Positions 1 through 11,622 are shown, numbered from the stretch's first letter. The stretch is DNA of 34,450 bases from Vicugna vicugna (GCA_013265495.1 MU057809.1:2059041-2093490); one strand, 5' to 3'. The notes: generated by a model not told the origin, from the sequence alone. A program made the numbers and translations.

Positions 1-1124
1 GTGAATTTGGAAACAATTTAAAAATACGCTTAGTTGTTACAGCTTTTGAGTTCAGTAGATTTTTTTCCCTTCTGTTAACAACAAACCAATCTATATTAGG
101 AGCAGTTGAAAATATTTTTAAAATAATATTTAAACAATGAATAATATTTGTACACTTCTCATATGCATTTTATTAGGCAGATACGCATTCCACTATAAAT
201 TCATATAATCAGTTTTTCCTACTGTAGTTGAGGTCACATATCTAAGACTGTTTGAAAGCAGGCTTCTGATTAATGAGTGTTAGAACAATGGCTGAATGTT
301 TTAAAGTTTTCTGTTATACACAGGATGCATTCTTTTGAAAATGCAAGAGTGAAAACAGAAAGCATGCCCTCTCCGGCTGAAGGTTCTCTCTGAAGCTTTG
401 AGTCTGTAACACAGATGCTGGAAGGAACTATGATAGATGTGTAGTTATTTTTATTAGTATTGCAAAAGTCAGACGTGTACTTGGAAACAGACTCCCAAAC
501 GGTACAGAATAATGACTCTTGCAAGGATTTGATAATTGAGTAATTTATTGTTATTACACAGTCCGACTTGTTAGCTCATCAGCACTGGAAGCTTCGGTTT
601 GAACAATGCAGTCGTCTCCTTTGTAGCATGGTAGTGGACGGTCTTGTCCACTCCGTTACCAGCACGGCTTCCATGAAGACCACTGTGAACCCTGGAAGAA
701 TATTTTCCATTTCCTGGAAACATTTTCTCTGCCAATGAATTTTTGTGTTTCTTTTGCCAGGAAACAAAAAGATGCACACTTTAAGTTTTTCTTTAGTGCC
801 AGGACACGTTGGGGACCAATTTCGTGCCCAGATGTAGTAATTGGAGTCCTCCAATGTTAGCCATTCATTTGTACTCTTCCCTGATCCACTCCTGAGCGTC
901 TTGTGATAGCTTTTTCTTATCTGTCTGAAGCCCTGCTGTAAAAGCAGTGTCGTGTAAATTCACCTGCGTATCTGTTTACAATTTCTAAACTATTTAACAA
1001 TCGTAAATATTTGAACCTCCAAAGTAACCCTGCAAAGTTTAAATAGAGATGACACTGTGTTTTTTTACCCTTTAAAATCTCACCTAAACAAAAACAAGCA
1101 CAGACAAACTTAAGTATCATCAAC

Positions 1125-1235
1125 ATAGATTGTAGACTTCACTAGGGCGGGGACTCTTGCTTTGTTCAGGCCGTATCCTAGGTCCCAGGGTGGTGCTCGA
1201 CACTCAATAAATGTTTCAGGAAGACTGAGGCTGAA
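1125..1235 (+). mobile_element. LINE-2 3' terminal fragment
   Basis: TAGATTGTAGACTTCACTAGGGCGGGGACT...TTGTTCAGGCCGTATCCTAG...CACTCAATAAATGTTT resembles the L2 3' end. Confidence 0.75.
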
Positions 1236-1589
1236 TAGACTTAGAAAGTACCGAGCTCCTCAGAACTTGGAAGAACACAGAGAAGAGCTGCCTTGGCAGA
1301 AGAGAGAGGCACAGCCCCCGGAGAGCAGCGCGCAGCTCAAAGCCACCCGCCACAAGCTCGCTCCTTTGAAGCCTGGTGTTTTATCTTAAAAGCTCATACA
1401 CACTTTAAATCCTACTTCATATTAGGAATGTTTGTTTTAGCACAAAAATTATTTTAAATGTTATTTACCATAAAATAATATCATCCTTCTGAAAAATGCT
1501 CTGTGTGTCTCCTGAGCACCCCTGACAAGCCCGTCTCTGGGGTACTTGTCTTGCTGCTGAGATACACAGATGTCCGGTTAATTACATTC

Positions 1590-1856
1590 TGTGTAAGCAC
1601 CACCTGTGTGCTGATGACACTCGGATGTATGTCTTCTGGCTCTCCCCCTCAGTTCATCATCTTAGTTATCAGCAACTCTGTCCATCCAGCTGGCTGGCAG
1701 AAAGGTTGTCAACTCATTCGTGGCTTGTTTCTTTCTCCTACAGTTTGCATCCATTCCATCAGAGATCACTGCTGGCTCTGCCCTGAGAACACGTTCTGAA
1801 TCAGAGCACTCTGAACCACCCCGGCTACTACCACCAGACTGGCACCGTCATCTCTT
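1590..1856 (+). mobile_element. L2 fragment (5' part, interrupted by an LTR-like piece)
   Basis: TGCTGATGACACTC...TTCATCATCTTAGTTATCAGCAACTCTGTCCATCCAGCTG...CATCCATTCCATCAG...CTGCTGGCTCTGCCCT is typical of the distal L2 ORF2/3' region. Confidence 0.7.
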
Positions 1857-2045
1857 AAATTAATCAAACAAGGAGTCTGTTAGACTAGGTGGCTCTAATG
1901 TTGGTGGCCTAAGTAAACAAACCCAAACCAAAGCCTGTGAATGCGTCAGGGTGACAAAATCAAAATCAAAACACTAAGGACAGCCAATCACAAATGGCCA
2001 GCTTGGCTTTGTTGTAGCCAGTCAAGTGGTGTCCCTGTGTCTGCC
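1857..2045 (+). mobile_element. Truncated ERV1-like LTR fragment nested in L2
   Basis: Abrupt switch from pyrimidine-rich L2 to A-rich TAAATTAATCAAACAAGGAG...TTAGACT..GGTGGCTCTAATG...TAAGTAAACAAACC, with an LTR-type CAGCCAATCA box. L2 sequence resumes afterwards. Confidence 0.55.
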
Positions 2046-2054
2046 CCCCCCCCG

Positions 2055-2515
2055 GCCCATTCTCCACGTGGCAGGTTAGGTCGTGGTCTCACTCTGCACA
2101 TCCCGCCCGTGTAAGCAGAGTGAAGGCCGAGTCCTCTCTAGGCCCTGCAGGGCCCCGCTCGTCCCTCGCCGGGACCTCACTCCTCCTGGCTTCCCGTTCC
2201 CGCCTCTCTGGCCTCCGCTCTGCTCCTTCAGCGCCTGAGTTGCTACTTCAGTCCTTCGCATATGTCAGACCCGCTCTTACCCCGGACATCCAGAGGGCTG
2301 GCTCCTACACTTGGCTCTTTACTCAGAAGCCACATTTGTGGTGCCATCCTTCCTGTCTAAAACTTTGCACCTGCCACCGAGCGTATCCCCGTTCCCTGCT
2401 TTATTTTTTTCTTGATACTTATCACATCTAAATGCTATATATTTTACATGTTGAAGGTGTTTGTTATCTCTCCCGCCCTCTGCCCCCTCCCCTGCAGAAT
2501 ACGCCCCTGGGCATA
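2055..2515 (+). mobile_element. L2a 3' region (continuation)
   Basis: CCATTCTCCAC...CAGAGTGAAGGCCGAGTCCT...CCCTGCTTTATTTTTTCTTGATACTTATCACATCTAA...TATATATTTTAC matches L2a 3' UTR hallmarks. Confidence 0.75.
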
Positions 2516-2994
2516 AGCATGGTGAGGGTGGGGGAGGATGGTGTCTGCTCCAGAGCAGGCATGCTTGGAAGCCTTCATGGCTCCTGACCTGTCTCCAGAG
2601 GTACAGGACCCTCCCTCTTCACTCCCCCCCGCGCTTGGTAGGGTCAGATCCCTAGCTCCCCCTCACAGTGCAAGGCCTGCGTCCTGCCTTTAGGACGCCA
2701 GGCCGCCTTAGTGTCGGGACACTTCTGGGCCGCCTCCCGGGGGCTGCTGCTGTCTTCAGGCATCGGGGGGAGCTTCTGGGGGAGGAGGGAAAGACACCGT
2801 CTCCTTTCCACTCACTTATTTACTCCCGTGTCTCAGGTGTGGGTCCACATGTCAGAGACCAGGCAGGGCTGTGGGACTTGGAAGTTGTGGGAGCACGGCG
2901 CTCTGGTGATGACTGCGCTTCCCCCGGCAGGCGGCTCCTACAGACACTTACTCATCGGGGTGTGCCGGTGTTTGTTTTCCTGAGTGGTAGTTAT

Positions 2995-3058
2995 TGGCCC
3001 GGCATAATGCTTGGCACATAGTAAGTGCTCAGTAAATCATTTAAATCATTTATGAATC
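2995..3058 (+). mobile_element. L2/MIR 3' tail fragment
   Basis: GCATAATGCTTGGCACATAGTAAGTGCTCAGTAAAT is the tail shared by L2 and MIR. Confidence 0.7.
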
Positions 3059-4051
3059 AAGACTGGGCCCCTGGATTTGAATTTGATGGCTTCAGTTCCT
3101 CCCTGTACAGTTTACACATGGCCTTCACACTTATATTTTGAAGCAGCAGGAGATGTTACCAGAGGCCAAGCTACAAGGAGCCTGTGTTTCCTTGTAGAAC
3201 GCATTGTTTCTAACAAGCAAGCTAAGTAGGTTTTCTGAATATGGGTTTAAACAAGATTCATTATAGGGCTGGCCTTGCATGTGGAACATATTTTTATAAG
3301 GAACCTGTAAGTTACGAGAATTTCACTCTCTTTTCAAAGGTTTCTTTTTAAGTTCACATTTGCTTTCATTTTCTCGTTAAAATGGATTGAGAAAGATTAA
3401 TATAACGAAAAAATGCCAGTGGGGGAAATACAGAGAAACTGTGCAGTCGTAATAAATAGTTTAGGTCTCCGGTTCTTAACAGCCCGCAGCTACGTTTACA
3501 GCGTTGGTCCGGAACGGGACGCGGTGCTCTGTCTAGCGCGCTGCCTCTGGCCGCTGTTCACCGGCGAGCGGAACTTGGACGCCGGGGAGCTGCACAGCGC
3601 CCTCGTGGGAGATGGTCCTAGCGCGAGGCAGGGCCTCTCGCAGGACTTCTGACCCTGTTGTACAGTTTCTAAAAATAGATTGCCGTGGTCAACTTTGACC
3701 CCAACCTTTAAAGGAACATTTTCTGTTTATTCAGGTGAAACATGCTCATTGGAGAAAATACTTTGGTACATTCTTCTTTAGGTTTTACATGTAGACAGTG
3801 ATACATGAGCTCCCAGTCCCGGCCAAGATGGTAGACTAGCCTAGACTGCTGACTTCCTAGTCCCAGGACTCTGAGGAAGGACAGAAACCCGGGGTGACGG
3901 GGCGCTGGGAGCTAGCAGGGAAATGCGAGGCTCCCCTGCGGATCCTGAGGCTGCTCTGTCTTTTGTGTGGCTGGGGAGAAGATGGCTGTGCCCCGTGGGG
4001 GAGGCAACCAGAGGTGTCATGAGGGTCTGGAGGAGAGTACTTTTTAGTTAC

Positions 4052-4148
4052 TCCTTTTAATTGTGCTAAAATCTGTGTAACATAAAATTGACCATTTTAA
4101 CCATTTTCAGCATACAGTTCACTGGCCTGAAGTGCATTCACACTAAGT
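4052..4148 (-). mobile_element. Short L1MB-type 3' end fragment
   Basis: TTTTAATTGTGCTAAAATCTGTGTAACATAAAATTGACCATTTTAACCATTTTCAGCATACAGTTCACTGGC is the reverse complement of an L1MB 3' terminus. Confidence 0.8.
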
Positions 4149-4714
4149 TCTGCTTTCCCCTTTCCCACTGCCTTGAACTTTATTTTCAGCCACATTGTCA
4201 CGCGAGTAAGCAGCTTCAGCAGTGCAAGGCCTTGGAAAGCTTTCTGGATGAAGCCCCGCCCTGAGATGTGCTGGGAGAAGCATTTAGGTGCGCAGGGTAA
4301 CGAGCACACGGCAGCCTGAGCGTGAGGGGAGTCGGGAGGAGCACACCCCTGGGCAAGCCTGGCAGTGCTGCAGAGGAGAAGAAAAGATACGCTAGTTTAC
4401 TAGCGGGTTTGAGAGCCTTTGCTCAAGGGAAGGCAGTCTGTGGACGCAGGGAGCACAGTGGCTCACAAACCGGGGAGCATCGCTGCTGAGGGTCTGGGGC
4501 AAGAGGTGGGCTTATGGAACACTGGACGGAGCAAGAGGGAAACGGGGCAGGGTTGATGAGGAGGCTGGTGGGGCCTCACTTCTGGGGCCAGGTGAGCTAG
4601 CCAGGCTGGGTGGAGGACTGTGACTGGTGTGTGAGGTTCCTCGACAGGCATTCCTGCAAGGCGTGGTGACGCAGGGTTTGGCTTGTGATGTGGTCCGGGC
4701 CAAAATCAAGGACC

Positions 4715-6420
4715 AAAACAATAACTAAGTAAAAAGGAGAGAGAGAGAAACCCTATAGACAAAATGACCCAGGGCTAAAATTCTAGGCATTATCTGCATT
4801 ATTGAGGTAAGGGGAAACCAGAGGGACTTGGCAGTGGAGATAAATGAACATTAGCACAGATCGAAAAAGCGGCCACTGCGTGTACAGAAAACTAGCAGAA
4901 GAAAACGTGATCTCTCCGATCAAAAATAGGAAAGGTGGGTGGGATGGGGAAGAAACAAAAAGAAAGTACATTAAATGGAAAATGTGAAAAAAGTGGCCAG
5001 AATCCACTAGGATAGTAATTTCGGTAAATGTTACTGGCTTGTCCATTATAAAGAGAAGCGCTCAGGCTGGATGGAAAATCCAGATACAAAAGTGAGTTAT
5101 CTACATGAGACATACTTCAAAAGAGAGGCATAGAAAGGTTGAAAATAAAAGGATGGAAAGGAGATAGACCACACAAATAGGATCCAAGAGGAAGTAGCAG
5201 TAACTTAAAGTAAATGTAAGGGAAAAAGAGGTATTGTTAGAAACAGATAAAAAGAACATGAGAACAGCAAGAACACAGGGAAGGTGCAGTCACCAGAACG
5301 CAGGTGTCTAACACACAGCCCGAAAATACACCAAGCAACAGCGGACAGCGCTGCAGGGAGAGCGGAAATCAGCGATCGTACTGAAGGTTTTTAACGCACT
5401 GCTCTCAGAAGCATAAATCCTGCAGTCAGAAAGTAAACAGACACGGAGAAGACCTGAGCAACACAATTAAGAATCCTGCGCTGTTAGAAATATGCCTAGA
5501 ACTGTACACTCAGCGAGTGGAGAATGTGGCTTTTGGGGTCTCATGTGGAATAGGTATGTATTCTGCTAAAAAGGACCCTCAGTGATTCCCAAGGATGAAA
5601 GCGATGCACGTTAGGTTCTCTCCGTGCTGCGCAATGGAGTCAGAAGTTACTAACAAAATGGGAGCGCCCCCACCAACAAAAGCCCCTGTGGTTACAGATT
5701 AAATAACACATTTCTAAATAACCTTTGGGTTAAAAAGGAAATTTTAAAATGAGATGATACACTTAGAATTGAAAGACAGTGAAAACACTGAATGTCAGAA
5801 CGGTGGGGTATAGTTCAAGCAGTTCCTGAAGGGGTTTTGTCAGTAAACAAGAAAGGGTAAAAAATAAATGAGCCACGCATTCAAGTCAAAAGTTGGTTTA
5901 AAAAGAAAAACAACAAAACAAAATTCAAGGAAACCAGAAGGAGGGGAATAATAAAGGCAAGTACCTAAAGCAATAAAACACAGAACAAAATAATAATAAA
6001 TGATAAAGAATGTTGAGAAAATAAAAAACTAGACCTTTGAAAGACTGAACAGGAAGAAAGAATAAATACGAGCAGGTGATGAGGGAAACAGCTACAGAGC
6101 AAAAACATTTCCAGCAGAAACAGCATTGGAACAAATGTAAATAAATTTACGGGGCAGGGATGGAAACTAAACAAAATTAATACCTTTTCAGGAAAAATGT
6201 AAAATCTCAAAACTGTCATGAGAAGAAACAGAGAACATGGTTAGACCAATATATGCTTAAACCAATCATGGAAATAGTAGTGAAAGACTTTTTTCCCCAA
6301 AATCTCTATGGAAAATTGTATAGGTGATTTCTTTTACAAGTTGTCCCCGAAAACAGAAGGTAGAGAGGAAAATGCGCAGCGCGTTTTATGAAGCTACTGA
6401 AATCATTATCAGAAAGCTTA
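4715..6420 (+). mobile_element. Ancient L1M fragment: inter-ORF region plus degenerate ORF2 5' part (endonuclease region)
   Basis: A-rich sense-strand tract with decayed EN motifs: GTAAATGTTACTGGC (NVNGL-like), TATCTACATGAGACATAC (CLQETH-like), AGGTTGAAAATAAAAGGATGGAAA (LKIKGWK), AATAACACATTTCTAAATAACC (LNNTLLN-like). Many stops and frameshifts. Confidence 0.88.
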
Positions 6421-8263
6421 TTTCCTGGTTTCCTAGCTTCTTTCCAGAAGAAACTGTGTTCCTTCTTAGCGCTCCATACCCCTCTGTGCCTCTGTCTCAG
6501 CGATCATCTCGCTCTTCCTTGTATACAAGATGCATACGTTTTTTTCCCTCACTAGGTTTCAGATTCTCCTGACCATGGGTGGTTCGTCTTTGAGCCCTAA
6601 AATGGTTAACATCCGAGGAGTTTTTGTTGAGGTGAATTGTGGCCGTCCCCCTTGGAATCCTTCGGGCTTCTTTCTGGTAAATATTCAGGATGTCCCCCAA
6701 GGGTATTCATTACCACATTCCCAAGGGCCTCAGAAGCGATTTGCACCCGCAGTCTGTGGCAGAGAGCAGGCCCTTGGCAGACAGGGCCCGCTTTATAATT
6801 TGTGACTCCACCTTTGGCGACATATGGATGTGGCCTTTGGCAGGCTCCCTGACATGAAATTTTTTTTTCCTAAATTGGCCTCATCTTGGAGTACCTGTGA
6901 TGAGTAGTGCTGGTCACCAGAACCCTGCAAACTCCCTTCACATTCCAGCGAGTTTTGCTCCTACGCAGGAGCAGATATCCATTTTCTGTTGTTAATAAAA
7001 TAGAAAATATTTTCCCCAAGGAATCACAAGCTGATTTAATATCATTTTTCACTATGCAAATAAACATGTATCCTTAGTTTCACTTGTCCAGTTTATTACC
7101 GAAGATTTAGTGCGGCACATGTTTTGTCTAGTACCACGTTACTACTGGCAGTTCTTTGGACCTTAATTTTCCCACTTGCAGAATGAATGAATTTGTGTTT
7201 TTCGTATTTGTTTACTCATTTAAAATTTATATGTTGTGTAGTTCTAAAATGCATTTAAAGTTGGTGAAAATGATACAGAGAGTACAAAAGCAAATGTATC
7301 AGTTAGAAGTGAGGAAAACAAGGAAGAAGAAAAGTAGGCCCTCAGGCAAGAACCGGATGTGAGCTGACAGGACACAGAGCCTGGGCATGCGCCGCGGCTG
7401 TGCCCGATTTTAGCCATGTGTTGTGTATACAGCAGCCGACAGGAAAAGGGAATCCTAGCCAGTTGCCTGGTTCCCAAGGCTCATTGGGTAAAGCAAATTC
7501 TTTGTTTCAAAGAAGTATAGCTATCCATGATGCTAGGACCAGAGGTTATGTTTTTTGAGAAGTTTGATTGGGGGGACATTGTGGCTTAGTGAGAAGTGTC
7601 TCAGTGGCATCGTTACGAAGCCTTAAGATGAGTCCCAAGGGCACCCAGTGTGGTCTCTCTCCACCTGGGCCGTGAGGTCGCCCGGGGTGACCTCTCAGGC
7701 CCGCCAGTTCTCAGTGATCCTCTGATAAAGAGACCAGGGTGTCTGTGCACCCAGAACCATTGGCTTCTGCTTTGCACTTACTGAAGAAAAATTTCACTCT
7801 GCCAACATGCATTACAAATTTGTTACTTTGGAGGAAGAATTTGACCTTAAATTTATTAGGGTCTGTTCTGTTCTTTGTGACATACAGTTGACACTTGGTT
7901 TACTATTTGATGGGAACTGTGTCCCCTGGTGTGTCCTATGTGTGATAAACCAGCATCTTCCTTCGATGCTGTCTCCTTGAGGCTCAGAGAGTCTTTCTCT
8001 GCCTTTGACCTTGGGACCATCATTTTCTTCTGTCACTGTCTTGTCTTCACAATCCTGAATCATGGACAACGGCTCCATCAGTTGAGAGAGGCGGGGGCAG
8101 AAACCATTGGCTCGTCATCCTCTGTGGCACTAGCTTCCACTTCATCCATTTGGTTTGGGAGAAGCCGTAGGCTGTTTCTTTCCTGCTTTGTTTTGTTTTT
8201 TTTTCTTTTTCAGTATCGCTTAATTAATGGTTCTGTTTCCCCAAACTACTCTCTGTGTCTCCC

Positions 8264-8293
8264 NNNNNNNNNNNNNNNNNNNNNNNNNNNNNN
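8264..8293. other. Assembly gap (30 N), probably spanning a CT-rich microsatellite
   Basis: Run of 30 N flanked by CTCTCTGTGTCTCCC and TCTCTCA. Confidence 0.95.
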
Positions 8294-9499
8294 TCTCTCA
8301 TGTCTTATCTGTGGGTAGTTCTTGTTTTCTAATGATACTGTTATTTATAACAACACGGTCATTAACTTATGTCACAGTCACAGATGGCAGTGGCCTGGCC
8401 GTGTCCCGCAGCATGACACGCCCAGGCTCGTGAGAGCGGTGCAATTTATTGCACCAGTGGGTCCCCAGAGGCATTTCAAGCTTTGCTCCACAAAGTGCTT
8501 TATTTCAATACAGAGTAATGTTCTTTATTTTGTTTGGTGATTTTTGTCAATACAGAAATGCTTAGAATTCATTATAATCCCAGTTTGCTTGCTAACTTTT
8601 CATGCATGCTTCTTTAATCTATGGTGATTTATATGTTTACCATCTGTAGTATGAATTTCTCTGTCAGAATGTGTACTGAGATATTTGTACTTACAGTACA
8701 CTCATTTGTTTTACACTTTCCCAGGGAGCTAATACTTTATATTTTTCATATATATATATTTAATGGAATTAGAATCTTCCTTTGAAATATTTATTTTAAA
8801 AATTCCAATTAAGTATTCTATGTTATGCAATTTAATTTTGAGTTGGATTATTTAAGTTGATTATTTACCTAAATGTAATTGCTGGAACATTTCTCTCTCT
8901 CTGGACATAGAGGCATAAACTTACCTTCTGTACTTTATCCTACCGAGCTGCAAAATCTTGGTTTGGTGCTATTGTTACTGCAGGCTATCTTTTTCGTTAA
9001 CAAAGTAGCTTTTTGTTCTAGAGTTTGTTATGAGGGAATTCCCAAGTTCATATCTTTTGAAAATTGTTATTACCTCATCAAAACCTCTTTTTTAAATAAT
9101 CAACTTTCCGAAATGCGAGGAGCCCACTGAACACAGCGTTCTTGGTAATAAGAGAACGGGATTAAATTTTTACCTTGGGCAAGCAGTTCTAGCGTGAGTT
9201 ATGAGGAAGTGTAAAATGACCTGTTTTCTTAATGTTGAGTTAAATCTGCTGTCTTTCTTTTAAGCTAACGGGTAGCCCTCTGCCTAGCCCTCAGAAAGCC
9301 ACCAGCCTTTCTCTCTTCTCATATTATCCCCTCCTCTTGCCCAAGTAACTCCCGTGCTATCCTAGGAGAATCTTTGAAATCTACTTATTGAGCGTCTGAG
9401 TACCGAGGATTTATTGGCTAAGTGCCAATGCCTAACCATCAGAGAAAGGGCCCTCAACCCATTAAGCGGAACTTTCGGATAGCAAGAAGTGACTAGCAT

Positions 9500-9612
9500 T
9501 TTTTATTCAGCTCAGCAAGCCTTTCCTGGGTACTTACTGTGTTCAAAATACTGTGGTAATAGGTGGACTAATAAGTCAGTAGCTCCTAATTTCAAGTGAC
9601 TTTCGTTCTTGC
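9500..9612 (-). mobile_element. L2 3' end fragment
   Basis: TTTATTCAGCTCAGCAAGCCTTTCCTGGGTACTTACTGTGTTCAAAATACTGTG resembles the reverse complement of the L2 tail. Confidence 0.6.
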
Positions 9613-9637
9613 TTTTTTCTATTACTTCGCTAAACCT

Positions 9638-10085
9638 TGCTGACCTAAAACAGTAAAGCAGCCTGTTGTTTTACCAGCAGAATGGGTTTATTCAGTAACA
9701 GCAAAGAATTGTAATTCAGGACATGTGATCTAGGGCGAGCCACAGGCAGGTCTGGAGGACAAAGGAGAGGAACATTTACAGAGGAGAAGAGGGGAGCTGG
9801 GAGGGGCTGTTACAAACAAAAAGTCCACTGGAGGAGACTGGGAGTTTCCACTGGCTGAGTCGTGAGTCTCTCACTGGCTGAGCTGTTGCCCGGCAGGAAG
9901 GAATTCTCCCTTCCTCCTGCTGGGTAGTAAGGTAATAAAGTTCTCCCTGTTGGGGATGCAAACATACATCTCCTCCTGTTGTTTCTGCGATTGCTGTCGA
10001 GGAGTAGGGCGCCAGAGCTCTCCCTCCTGGTCTCCTGGCTCCGATTTAAATGATGTTTCTGTTTGTTTAGTGGTATTTCATGTAT
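9638..10085 (-). mobile_element. ERV1-class solo LTR (MER41-like Laurasiatherian family; name tentative)
   Basis: About 445 bp starting TG. On the minus strand it has AATAAA (TTTATT 9687-9692), a TATA-like position (9775-9780) and repeated CCAAT-like boxes (9826, 9849, 9872) in U3-R order. It resembles my recollection of artiodactyl MER41-type LTRs. Confidence 0.75.
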
Positions 10086-10569
10086 TTTCGTGAAGAAGAG
10101 ACTTTTAATGGATGACAGTCCTAGGCAAAATCCCTCAGTGGAGAGGACGTGGAGCCCGTTTGGGATTAGACCCTCTAGACCCTCAGGGCCGACTGTGGAG
10201 GTGGCATTCCTGATGGACACGGAGACCTGGGTTTAGCATTGGCATAACGTCTGGCTGGACTGCAGTAATTTCCCTCTGTATGTTCAATAAAGTGCAAAGA
10301 CCGCTGGCTGAGCGTGGGGTGGGGGGTGTCAGCTGGAATGTGCAGAAAGGGTGCAGATTAAATGAGCCAAACCTATGAAGGGGGGCACGTTGCTCACGGT
10401 GTCGAGCCCAGTGCCTGGCGGCTTCTGTACTCGCGCTGCCACTGTGTTCCTCTCCTGTGAACTTTGCTCAGTGAAGGTGGACAGTCGTGAGCCCGTGGCC
10501 CCTCATGGAGCGCCTGTCAGTGATGGGCAGGCACCAGGTGCACAAAGAGGGTTTCACTGTGAACTGGCC

Positions 10570-11070
10570 AGGCCAACTCACTGCCTCCCGGAACGTTTAG
10601 TTATGTGGGGACTCAGACAAGTGCAGGTGAAACAGTGTGAGTGTGACAGTGGTGAAGAAGCATGCCCAGGAAGGGGTGTTTCAGCTGGCAGGTGGGTGGG
10701 AGCTGGTGAGAGCAGGAGGTGAGGCGGGCTGTGTTTCGGCAGAGGCGGCCCCCACGTGACCACCCGGAAGCAAGGGAGAGGGCAGAGCACCCCGGGCACG
10801 GGTACCTGCAGCCTGGATCGGCTGGGTGGGTCCTGCCAGGGCAGTGACCCCAGCTTGGCTGAAGGAGCCTGGGTTTCATTCCAGAGCAGTGGAGGAGCTG
10901 TAGCTTAATTCAAGTATTGCTGGGATCTGACTAAATACTCAGGGAGATTTCTCTGGTCTCAGAGTGGAGAGTGGCTTGGACTGGTGGAGTTGCTGCTGGA
11001 GAACCAGGAGGGGCAGAAGAGTGACGTGAGCCCACAGGGGCGTGGACAGTGGGCTAAGTAGACAGTCAGA
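10570..11070 (-). mobile_element. Highly diverged L2 fragments
   Basis: Purine-rich CACTGCCTCCCGGAACGTTTAGTTATGTGGGGACTCAGACAAG and GGGTTTCATTCCAGAGCAGTGGAGGAGC...GAGATTTCTCTGG...AGTGGAGAGTGG resemble antisense L2. Confidence 0.5.
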
Positions 11071-11557
11071 AAAGGCTGAGCAGAGGGCCCTTCTCCGTTG
11101 GGCCAGTCGTGGGGATCTGTATTCTCTTCAGCAACAGGAAATGGGGTGGGCCCAGGGAGGGACAGGCATTAGGGAGCCAGTGTCACCGGACAACAGTAGG
11201 TCGGCTGTCCCCTGGAGAGCAGGAGCATTGACCGTGCGCAGCCCGGAAGAGGTGCAGCCACGCGAGGCTTTCAGTCCCACCCAGCACCTGGTGAATGAGT
11301 GCTTCTTCCGGGGCCAGCCATTGAGCAGGAAGAACAGTGGTCCAGCGCCCCTCTCCCCAGGCTGGGCGCCTAATCGTGATCAGCTCAGGACCAAAGCTAA
11401 CTGAAACACCGAATGCTTTCTGGGGACCGGCTGCCTGGTGGTTGCTGTGGCCACAAAACACTCTGATTTCTGTTCTTCCTTTTCCCTAAGGCAGCCAAGG
11501 ACTCGAAGCTCCCCCAGTTCTCTCCATTTTCCACCTCTTGTTCCAGTGCTTGTTAAC

Positions 11558-11622
11558 AAGGGAAAAAAGAGGGAAACAGAGAAAGAGAGAGAAGATAGAA
11601 AAGGAAAGGAAAGGAAAAGAAA
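11558..11622 (+). repeat. Purine-rich (GA/GGAAA) low-complexity tract
   Basis: GGGAAAAAAGAGGGAAACAGAGAAAGAGAGAGAAGATAGAAAAGGAAAGGAAAGGAAAAGAAA. Confidence 0.85.

Noticed and set aside
323..400. Acceptor-like TTTTCTGTTATACACAG followed by MHSFENARVKTESMPSPAEG
   Set aside because: No good donor before the stop and the peptide is not recognised.
270..860. Possible endogenous viral element or transposase remnant in overlapping minus-strand ORFs
   Set aside because: Manual translation of the frames I examined gave no motif I could assign to a viral or transposase family. A tBLASTx/HMM search would be needed to exclude it fully.
3815..4420. Possible L1 5' end (GGCCAAGATGG at ~3821) and an LTR16-like remnant at ~4230-4400
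   Set aside because: Similarity is too short and degenerate to support without alignment.
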